In this document: positions 27,724 to 39,700 of the stretch, one piece after another | Position numbering within the stretch: the stretch's first letter is position 1 | Layout: each line of letters begins with the position of its first letter | Assembly (NCBI RefSeq): GCF_037042905.1 | Contig: NC_087261.1 | Span: forward strand, 6,200,001-6,264,000 | Length of the DNA: 64,000 nucleotides | Source: Lytechinus pictus | Taxonomy: Eukaryota | Direction of reading: 5' to 3' | The notes under the pieces: generated by a model | What the model was told of the DNA's origin: nothing | Seen by the model: the letters and a program-made list of their open reading frames with translations, nothing else | Database searches by the model: none | Program-made: the position numbers and the translations under genes

Positions 27724-30700
27724 CATTATTATTATTATCATTATTGTTATTATTTTACTTATAACAGTATCTGTTTATGGTCATGTCAGTCTTTAGTCTG
27801 TATGTTTGTAGCACCATATCATTTAATTCGGAATCTTTGAAATATACATGAATCTTACATTATGTTTATTTATCAAATATCTTTGATGTACACATACAAT
27901 ATTGATTTAATCCTGTTGCCTATGGGTACTTTGGGGATAATAAATACCTTAGTCAACATGTAAACCATTTCAAGTGAAGTATTTTGATAATTCTTCTTAC
28001 AGGATCAGGTGGACTCTTATAATCGAGCTGTGGTTGCTGCCAATGAATTGATCGCTTCACTCCCGAATGGTACCAATGATCTTAGCGCTCAGACAAGAAG
28101 GCTGAGGAGAAAAGTAAGTCCAAATTTCTGTTTACTGTAATCAACCTTAGAATCATGCCTGGAAGGTTAGTCCTCTCCTTTGCCCTGTAATACAAAACTT
28201 GGTGACTGATCGTGGAGCTAAGTCAAATGATCGATCATACACAATAATCAACGCAATGAATCACAGCAATCAGTCCCATGATCAATCGCTATGCTTTGTG
28301 TAACAGGGCCCTCGTCTTTCTCAAGCCCAGTAATTTATCCAGTTTCTTGGTGTCTGCCTCCCTGAGATCAGCTGAGCAAAAGTGATTACTTCGCTATTTC
28401 ACCAATAGTCCGGGGCGTCTGTTTTACAATGAATTTGCAACCTTTGAAAGTTAATCTTCATATTCTTCATTGAATGAACAATAGGAAATGCAGGAATAAA
28501 ACGGTGAAAGATACAGTGCTTAACCATACTAGAAACTTATTATGTGGGAACGTATAACATTCTTACTGTTATCGAATCCATAAGAACCTTTCTAAATCAC
28601 CTTTAGGAGTTGGATTATATGTATGGTTGGGAGGAGTCCTTCAATCAATAAAATACCAAATCATGTGCTTTCTTGTGGATGTTTGAATACATAAGAACTT
28701 CAGTAGTTTTAATACTTGTTACTGTTCAATCATTACAGTTTGACTTGATTCAATTACTTGATTCAACATTCTTGTAATTTGTGAAATGATTATGAATGTT
28801 ATTTTCTTCATCTACCGCAAGCTTGATAGATACGCAGGAGGGACTGAGTTGGTTGCTATGAATGCGTCGGATGTCAACCTCAGGGCCAGACTCTTAAATG
28901 AGCAAGTCAACGCAACATACAAACTCATTAATGGTATGAATACGAATGGCTGTTCTACAAACATATTTTTGGATATTGATGTTGAATGGATGTTTTTGTA
29001 TGGACCTCCTTACTTGGTTATTTTAGGGAGTGATAGTGAAATGAATGAGAGTATCAGGAAATGTAGCTTGATCCGACAGGGGGGGGGGGACAAAGGCTAT
29101 GTTATAGCTACAAAGTGTGCATATGAAATATTCAAATGATTAGTGATGCAATCAGCTACAATAATTTGATTGATGATGATAATGGTAATATTCCTTGATT
29201 AAATACGTGTAGTGTTGTGTAATGACAGCAGAAGACATAGGCCTCCCCCTCTAAAAAAAATCCTGTTGGGTACAAATTCAACATTATAACAAATTCAACA
29301 TTATATGTGTGTGCAATGCCTCATCTTTAATTTGTTTAGGGTGCATGTCTCTCGAAGACTAATAGTGATTGAAAATAAACGTTTAAAAAGAAATGCACAT
29401 GAATTATAAAATTTATCTTATTGGTGATTCATTGCTCATACCTTTGCATATTAAATGAATCCTCTATCTGCTCCATCTCCATCAGAAACGGTTGCGGTGT
29501 TTAAGGACCAGTTCTTTAACCAAGGTCTTTTACCTGCCAGAGAGAACGCACAGTTGATCAACAGAGCCATGAGAGTCCTTGAGGAATTAAGGGACAGGTC
29601 CTTTATAGAGATGCAGGTTGCTGCGATAGAAGAGAGAAGGTAAGATAATCAGTTTTTGACAGATCAAAAATTGAACAATTTCTCATTCATTACTCAAATT
29701 GAAGAAACATTTGTAAATATTTGCAATGAAAGTTATGACAATTAATAACTTGCCTGGGCTCTGATGACAAAGCCATATTTATATCAACTTTTTTGGTAAA
29801 TCACTTTCATGTTTGAGTACCAGCAGTGTCTATGAATATAAAGTGACATGCATGTCAAAAGAGCAGATGGGGGAGAGCTCAGATTTCTTTTATTCATTTA
29901 GACTAACATAAGTGATTAAATGACATTCAATGAGTGCATTTCATCTTTCTATACAGACTAGCTAGAATGAGTCTCAACAAGACAAGTAATGGTTACGCTG
30001 AAATGCTTCGAGATCTTTACGCCAAGATCGCTCAAGGCAAGGAGGATCTGAATGATTTCATTCTCAAGTTGGATGAACTACTTATCAGGTGCAGAATGGC
30101 TGATAGGACGACCACCGAGGCCTTTGAATTCATCGAAAGTGCAAATGATTCTTCTAATGCCCTTCAGGTGTGTATAAGAGAATATTGCTAGGATGTGGTT
30201 AGAGTAATGGTCAGGTGTATCGGGAAAATGATGCCGAGGATGTGAGTTTGAGTTTAGATGTGAGCAATGGGGAAAGATAAAGTGAGGGTGAGGGTTCCTA
30301 TGGGGGTAGATTATAGAGCTCAAGTGTGTGGGTAGGGGTGAAAAAGTTTATAATGATTTCATTTAAGGTATGTGTTAGAGTGTGAGTGAAGGTGAAGGCA
30401 TTGTTGAGGATAAGGGTGTGAGGGTGATTGTGAGGTTGAGGATTAGGGTATGAGGCTGAGGATGAATGTGAAGTTGACGATTAGGGTATGAGGGTGTGGG
30501 TGAGGGTGAATGTGAAGTTTAGGATTAGGGTGAGAGGGTGATTTTGAGGTTGATGATTAGGGTTTGAGGGTGTGGGTGAGGGTGAATGTAAAGTTGAGGA
30601 TTAGGGTGCGAGGGTGATTTTGAGGTTGATGATTAGGGTTTGAGGGTGTGGGTGAGGGTGAATGTGAAGTTAAGGATTAGGGTGCGAGGGTGATTTTGAG

Positions 30701-33700
30701 GTTGATGATTAGGGTTGAGGGTGTGGGTGAGGGTGAATGTGAAGTTGAGGATTTGGGTGCGAGGGTGATTATAAGGTTGAGGAGTAGGGCTTGAGGGTGT
30801 GGGTGAGGGTGAATGTGAAGTTTAGGTTTAGGGTGCGAGGGTGATTAGGGCTTGAGGGTGTGGGTGAGGGTGAATGTGAAGTTGAGGATTAGGGTGCGAG
30901 GGTGATTATGAGGTTGATGATTAGGGTGTGACGGAGTGGGAGAGGGTAATGTGAGGTTAAGGATAAAGATATGAGGGTGATTGTGAGGTTGAGGATTATG
31001 GTATGAGGCTGAGAATGAATGTGAAGTTGGTGATTAGGGTATGAGGGTGTGGGTGATGGTGAATGTGAAGTTTAGGATTAGGGTGCGAGGGTGATTATGA
31101 GGTTGAGGAGTAGGGCTTGAGGGTGTGGGTGAGGGTGATTGTGAAGTTTAAGATTAGGGTGCGAGGGTGATTTTGAGGTCGATTAGGGTGTGTGGGTGAG
31201 GGTGAAGGTGAAGTTTAGGATTAGGTTTCAAGGGTGATTTTGAGTTGGATGATTAGGGTGTGAGGGTGGTGGGAGGGTGAATGTGATGTTTAGGATTAGG
31301 TTGCGAGGGTGATTTTGAGCTTGATGATTAGGGTGTGTGGGTGAGGGGAGGGTAAAAGTGAAGTTTAGGATTAGGTTGTGAGGGTGATATTGAGCTTGAT
31401 GATTAGGGTTTGAGGGTGTGGGTGAGGGTGATTGTAAAGTTGAGGATTAGGGTGCGATGGTGATTTTAAGGTTGATGATTATGGTTTGAGGGTGTGGGTG
31501 AGGGTGATTGTAAAGTTGAGGATTAGGGTGCGATGGTGATTTTAAGGTTGATGATTATGGTTTGAGGGTGTGGGTGAGGGTGAATGTAAAGTTGAGGATT
31601 AGGGTGAGAGGGTGATTTTGAGGTTGACTATTAGGGTTTGAGGATGTGGATGAGGGTGAATGTGAAGTTGAGGATTAGGGTGCAAAGGTGAATATGAGGT
31701 TGAGGAGTAGGATTTGAGGGTGTGGGTGAGGGTGAAGGTGAAGTTTAGGATTAGGGTGCGAGGGTGATTTTGAGTTGGATGATTAGGGTGTGTGGGTGAG
31801 GGGAGGGTTAAAGTGAAGTTTAGGATTAGGTTGTGAGGGTGATATTGAGCTTGATGATTAGGGTTTGAGGATGTGGATGAGGGTGAATGTGAAGTAGAGG
31901 ATTAGGGTACAAAGGTGAATATGAGGTTGAGGAGTAGGATTTGAGGGTGTGGGTGAGGGTGAATGTGAAGTTTTGGATTAGGGTGATTTTGAGGTTGATG
32001 ATGAGGGTTTGAGGGTGTACATGTAGGTAAGAGTGAATGTGAAGTTGAGGATTAGGATGCGAGGGTGAATATGAGGTTGAGGAGTGGGGTTTGAGGGTGT
32101 GGGTGAATGTGAAGTTGAGGATTAGGGTGCGATGGTGACTTTGAGGTTGATGATATAAGTGTAATGTCAAAAGTTGGTTGGTGACAGTAGAAATGACAAA
32201 GAGGAAGCATGCGGGTAGGGCAAGGATTAAGATAAAAACATTTGCAATGAAAAGGAATCTGAAGGATTATTCCAAAGGTAAATCAAATAACTGAATGAGG
32301 ATGAAGAGCATTGACATTTTATGGATCATGACATACATGTTGTGTTCCTCATTCTTCATATATTTTTTTTATTTTCAACAACTACATGCCATATTTTTGT
32401 TCTTCAATCAGAACATCACTGATATAATCAAGGAGAAAAAGAGGCAGAGTGAGGGTGATATCCAGGAAGCAGAGCGTCTGTTACTGGCTGCTGAGGATCT
32501 TCTTAGAATGGTCAACAGCAGCTTTCAGGTAGGAAATGAACATAGAATATGTCACATTATGTTATTATCATTCCATTACTCCCGTGAACCTCTATTGTCA
32601 TCTTGACTTATCCTTCATATGTCATGCAAATCATATTACCCGTACCCTCAAACTCAAGCCCATCTATAAAATTATATTTCAATGTCAGTGCTCTTCCAGT
32701 CCTGTGACAGGAGTATTGATTTTTTTTCCATTGCTATGTGCTTCAATTATAAAATGATCCTTATTCTTATCTGTCATAATCATTAATGTCGCAGCTTTTG
32801 AGAGGGTTTGTAGTTTCTTCTAGAGTTTATAGGTTTAGCAGAGGCTGCTCCTATGTACTGCGAGTTTAAATTTATCAAACATTGCTGCAGCCTTTGCCTA
32901 GGTTATAGGTTACTCGGTGCATGACATACTTTTTATTCTAACTTTCAGATGTCTGATGCTGACCACATGAATCTGAGTATACTTCTACCTGACCTTGTAC
33001 TACGAGCTGATCAGAGTGACCTTGATCTGATTGAGCTTGGTGAAGAGGCAGATGCTGCAACAGAACATGCTATAGAACTCCACAATAGATCAGCGCTCCT
33101 TGAAAAGTAAGATATCATTATTGTTATTTTATTTGGCCAAAGGAATACAAGATAGAAGTACAAATGAATTATATTTTCATAATTCAGACACTGCTGTTTG
33201 GAGTTTTAGAATATTTATTAAAGACAAGATGGTTAATTCAATTTTATGAAAAAATGGATGTACTTATGTTCACATGATCAATAGGAATGTGATTACTGTC
33301 AAGAATGAAATTGTTTTCTCTCAGATTGCTGTTGAAAACCTCAGACATTATGACTTTGTTGGTTTGCATGTAAGGTCATTTTAAGCATGTCTATGTTATG
33401 AAATATTTTTTTTTATTATTCCCATTTTACAGCCTTCTTCTACCAACTCAGCAACATGCTCAACAGTCTCTTGAAGCTGAAAGGGCATACTCTGACATGG
33501 TAAAGGCCATCAATGAGGCCCATAATGCATCACTGCAAGCCAAGATGATGGCAGATAAAGCATATGAAAAGGTATATAAAAATATATGTATTTGATATTT
33601 ATCAATGAATTGTTAATTTATATCTTGTGCATATGCATGCAATTGAACATATATTGTGACTACTTCAGATACTTAGTGGGGTTTGTTCGATAAAAGCTTT

Positions 33701-36700
33701 AATTATAACTCAAGAGGATGACCCCCATTGTGTTGTGACTTACATCCCAGTGATTAATCCATTTGGCCTTCTTTTAAGCGAATTCAAACTTTGGCTTTTT
33801 GTTGTTAATCTGATGTTAATATATTTTTGTTTATATATGTACATGCAAATAAACCAACATCTACATGTACTTTCTGTTTAACATAACCGTTAGGCATTTT
33901 GCTTTGTTTCGTTGTTAATCATCTTTGATGCCTACTTTCCCAATTCAGACTTACGGCAACGGTTCTCAGTCACTTGGCCAACAAGCCAGAGAGCTCAGAG
34001 ACACTGGTTTCAATCAACTCCAACAGACTTCATCCCTAGAAGTCAACCTTCAGAATTTGACCTCCGACCTTGCTGACCTGAAAGGCCAGATAGCAGAAGT
34101 CAATGCTTTGCAAGAGAAGGCAAGCCAAGGAATGGAAGAGATAAAACTAGCTTTGCCCTCACTGGAAGGAGGTATGCGTGGTTTCTGACTTTAACTGTCA
34201 AACTTTTGTGTTTCAAATGAACTTCATATGTGTCTGTATTAAAAAAGGAAAATATGTACATTGGAAATTTCTACATTGCAATATCCAAAAACAGAGTGTG
34301 TTTAAATTTGTTAAATTTGCTATGTATAATAGTAGGTATGAAACTGTACAATCATTTTAACCACCCTGCTCTGTTTAAATTTAGAGATCAATTTTTTTTC
34401 ACACGTCAATAGATTTAAGTAAAAAAGTGTTTTTTTTAGACTTGAGCCTACTTTGATGCTGTAAGCTTCTTCTGATAATGACTACTATCTAGAGAGGACT
34501 GAAGCAAATGTAAGACCTGCAACAAAATTATATAATTTTCTTGATTACGTTAGCACAAAATTTTATTTGTGGATGGGCTGTCACATATGTAGGTTGTACA
34601 TCAAATTATGAATTAATCTGATGCATTTAAGTTAAATTTGATTTATCACTTATAAGTTTGTAACTGAATTTGCTATTGATTGCAAATATTCTCTTGCAAA
34701 TCCCCTAAGACGCTTCTATATCACTACTTCTGGTAGATGTGACAGGTGATGCTCAGGGATCTATCATCAGTTCCGCAAGGGCAGTAAACCTAGCAAAGCA
34801 GGCTACTGACAAGTCAGCTGGGATCATTGTGCGATCTGCAGTACTAAAGGAAAAGCTGAACGGTATCGGTGCAAAGTATCAGGCTTATATCAATGCTACT
34901 GATGACATTGCCAACTCAGGTAGGTGGATTGTGATTTTAAGGTGAGACGCTCACAGATGTTCATGTTAGGATGAAAGTGTTGTAAATGAAAGCATGATGA
35001 ATATCTTATTGTTCAAAATGGAATCTGAAATACTCTGAGAATTCATTTTGCCCAATTGATCTTGGGACTGATAGCCACTGTTCAGCATCGGATCGACGTT
35101 GCTCTCTCCCTTCAATCGTTGAACGCCAAAGAGTGTAGCAGCAATTTCCAACTTTTAACAGCTTTTGGTCTGATGCGACCAGGGTTTGAACTCCCAACCT
35201 CCTGGTTGTGAAATGGACACTATCTACTAAGCCAACACACCAGTGTTGATATGAAGTGCATGGCAAGTGCTTAAAGTAGTAATACAATGCTTGATAACAT
35301 CTTAAAGAATTGGAGATTGTGTCTCGAAAGGCATCTTAAAGATTGTAACAAATGATTAGATATAATGTCATCACAATGGAAGACTGAATATACACTGTAT
35401 ATTTAAGGACGTCTTCGTTATTGCTTGTAAGCCAACTGACCTCCAATATACTGGTGTCTTATCAACATAAATAATGATACTTTTAAGAACCTTTGTGTCA
35501 AGGATGAATAATATTTTTCTGATTCATAGTGGAGACATCAGCCAGAATAGCAGATGAGATGGGTATGAAGATGGACTCAATGCGCAAACAAGCTCTTCAT
35601 ATTGACCGACAGAGGGCGCCAATGGAACTTAACCTTAGCCAGCTGAGGGACAAGATTAGACACGCTAGGACTGAGGCATCAAGGGTAAGACAAAATGAAA
35701 TGAAAGAGAGAGACATACAGACAGACAGAAAAGGGGAGAAGAGAAAGAGAGAGAGAGAGAGGAAGAAGGAGATAGAGAGGTGGAATGATGATAATTTTTT
35801 AACACACAACAAGAATAAATGATGAGAGATTGGGTGGGGTTGAAATACTTATTTACTTTCTTCTAGGATACTGCCCAACTCCCCTAAAAGGGGTCAAACA
35901 GGCAGGGGTAGGGTGCGCTGATGATCTTTAAGCAGAGGTGAGAGGCATTGCTTAGTATTGATTTTGGTAGGAAATAGAAATAAGAGTAAAGAGATGGAGA
36001 AGTGATGAGAGCGGGGACACTAAAGAGGAAGGGATGAAGAGGAATCCTGACAAACAATAGTAGTTAAGAAGGAGAGGGCGAGAGAGAGAGGAAGAGCAAG
36101 AGGGAGAGAGAGAGAGATGCATATCCACATTGTTTTAAAACTGTATAACCATCTGAAGATATTTCCCCCTCTTTAATCATCACCCCCTCAATAAATCATA
36201 ATTTTCTATTCTTCAGATCAATGTAGCTCTGCTTTGCCAAGGGGACTGTGCACGGAGTTATAACCCTCAAGCTTCTAGCACTGCCTTCAATGCTCTGGTG
36301 CTCAACATCAATATCTCAACTCCAAACAACATGATCTTCTATGTTGGCAACAATATTAGTGTGAGTAGGTTTCTCTTTCTCTTGAGAGGATAGCCAAAGA
36401 CAGTTCCTGCATTGTGATCTGGGCCCCGTCTTACAAAGAGTTACGATTGATCCAATCAACCGTAACTCTATGGAAATCCATCAGTGTCATAATTTTTTCT
36501 ACAGGAAATTTGCACAATATCTTTTGTAAACAAAGAGAAGCACAGCAAATTTCAAGAAAACATTGAATGCATGAATATACATCATAGTTAAAAAATATTT
36601 TGAACAAACATGCATAATAGATGTTGACATTGCTGGCCGTCCATAGTTTTGATTGATCAGATCAATCGCAACTCTTTGTAAGACGGGCTCCTGATGTTAA

Positions 36701-39700
36701 TCCTCTCATGTTCTTTGTATATGATAATAATATGTTGATGAAGTACATGTATCTGGGCAATTTCATGATTTTAAAACATGTACACCAGACTTCCTATATG
36801 TGGGGGTATTCCTGAAAATAGTTGTCTTTGTATTCCTGTTCATTTGAAATGTTAATTGTAATGTTCTTGAATTATCGTAGCTTGAACACTTTGTGAAGTA
36901 ATGTACATGTATGAATAGAAAATGTATGGATTTACATAAATGTTCGGTTTAAAATGGAATAGCCCTATTGATGTAATTATGCTGTTGATAATGATGATAA
37001 CGATTATGAAACTGACAATAATACCCTGTATAAATAATACAACAAATTAAAAAAAGATGATGATGAAGATTGTGATGATTATAATGACCATGATAGTGGT
37101 GATAAAGGTGATTATATTTCAAATAGGTATTATTAGAATAAACAAGAGATATAACTGCAAATACGAAAATAAAATATAATGAAAATAAGCAGAGTTGCAT
37201 ACAGATCTGAGTTCACAGAAATGATGTTCAAAGATGTCGTTAGGAGGCGTGTGACCAATATTTTCTTCTTTAAAGACTCTCAATTAAAATTTCAGTTCCC
37301 CTCTCCAACATCATGGCAAGAATAACATAATTGTAGCATTACTAGGACAGTATTTGAGCTGAATGATGATTCTATTGTTTGAAGACATTGAAATTTGTGA
37401 GACATTCCCTATTTTTCCTACTTATGAGCAAGAGCCATCTGCGCCCAGCAGAGGCAGAATCCGGGGCTATACAAGAACACATCATCATTATCATTACCAT
37501 CATCATTAAAATGGATTTTTTGTTGTTTCATCTCCAGGGTGACTATCTTGCAGTGGAAACTATTGAGGGTCAGGTGAGGCTAAGCTGGGATTTAGGATCA
37601 GGGAGGGGTGAAGTTGTGCACCCATCCAATCTCTCAGCTAATCAAGACTGGTATAAAGTTAATATAGAAAGGTGAGTCTAAACCTCAATCCTGGTACCAA
37701 TCTCACTTATGCTGTAGTCACATTTCCTCTAGGGTGTCCGCATGGTGAGTCGAAAACAGCTGTTTTCGGATTTCTATACGAACCACACACACAGGAAGCT
37801 GCTACAAAAATTATTGCTTTTTGACTCGCCATACAGCCATTGTAGGCAAAATGTGACTGCACCATTAGTGTTGTAATCTACTCTGCTCTGATGCAACCTG
37901 AATTACATCTCAACCGTGTACTTGAGAGATAAAAGTTTGATTAATGTGATTAATCTTAATCAGTTGCAACCTAGTGTAAAATGCTGCCCTTATTTTCCGT
38001 TCTTTGTTTCGTCATTCACTTTATCTTTTTCCCACAATGTTTGGAACAATATGAAATAAATAGAATAAGACAACATGGTTTCACTGTGCAGATTAAATCA
38101 TTAATCACCAAGTGATGTATTTTTTTTTTCAGATTTGCGAACACCGCTTCTTTGAAAGTGGAAGATTCCAACCAGGCCAAAACCTCCAATGGTAGTTCGG
38201 TGACAGGGTTTTCACCAGAAGGTAGAAATGTTCTTGATGTTAGGGAAGACAGCAATCTATTCATCGGTGGCATCCCTTCCAACTTTAACGTATGTATAAT
38301 GACTGTGTCTACAAGTCATACAGTTACTTCTTTGTAGTTGTACCTTTGTCTATTACTTTTTATTATACGCCCGTCCTGCGGGACGTATTATGGTATCACG
38401 CTCGGTGTCCGTCCGTCCGTTAACTTTTCCTTGTAAATGCGATAACTTCAGTTTAACTTAACCGAGGCTCATCTTATTTGGCGTGTATGATACTAGCATG
38501 GATCCCAGGAAGCCTATTGATTTTGAGGTCAAAAGGACAAAGGTCAAGGTCACAGTGACATGTTTTCATCTTACCCTTCTGAAGTCTTTGTAAATGCAAT
38601 AACTTCAGTGTAACTTAACCTAGGCGCATATAATTTGGTGTGTATAATACTAGCTTAGATCCCAGGAAGTCTCTTGATTTTGAGGTCAAAAGGTTGAAGG
38701 TCAAGGTCACAGTGACATGCTTTCATAATACCCTTCTAAAGTCCTTGTAAACACAATAACTTCAGTTTAAGTTAACCTAGGCTTATATAATTTGGTGTGT
38801 ATGATACAAGCATGGATCCCAGGAATTGAGGTCAGAAGGTCAAAGGTGAAGTTGCCACCTTCCACTTTTCTTGCTCGACCAATAACTCTGTTTTACATGT
38901 TACAGGCAGGGTATTATGTGCTTGCCTTTGTGACACTCTTGTTCCCATTTGTAACAAAATAATTCATGAATATTAATCTTACATATTGATTATTGTTTGG
39001 AAGTACTATTATTAGAGCCAGCCTCAGATAATTTACATTTCCACTGATTTATATATCCATGTTCTCATGATTTTCAAATACTTCATGATATTGCAAATGA
39101 GAGCCACATATACTTTGGGACTTTCAACTTTACATAATTTTCTCACTGAGGACATGAAGGAAAATAGAGATTTTGAGCTCTAGGTGTGTAACATGTTAAA
39201 AAAGTATATAAAGTCATGGGTAATGTAAGTTTTATTATGTTTTTGTTCTGTCTTTGTACTACATGTATTTGTGTACTCATGTGCCATGTTTATACATTGT
39301 GTATCATTTTGTGTATTATCTGGGCCCCATCTTATTAAGAGTTACGGTTGATCCAATCAATCTCAACTGTATGGAAATCCATCCATACCATAGTTTTTTT
39401 CTACAGGAATTTGCACAATCTCCTTTGAATAAAGAGAATCAAACTGAATCTTCAAGAGAACGATGAATGTATGATTATACATCTTATCTAGAAAATATTT
39501 TTAACGAATTTGCATGTTAGATGTTGACGTTACTGGGCATCCATAGTTGTGGTTCATCGGATCAATTGCAACCCTTTGTAAAACGGGGCCCTGACTTTAA
39601 CATTGCCACCATATTGTATGCATTGATATTGCCTGTCTTGTGTTTTCCTGTAGATTCCTGTGTTGTCTACCAGGTCATTTAATGGGACCATAGGAGACGT

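Noticed and set aside
30375-32155. True interstitial telomere or CRISPR-like array
   Set aside because: TTAGGG is never tandem here, and there are no unique spacers. It is a minisatellite in a eukaryotic intron.
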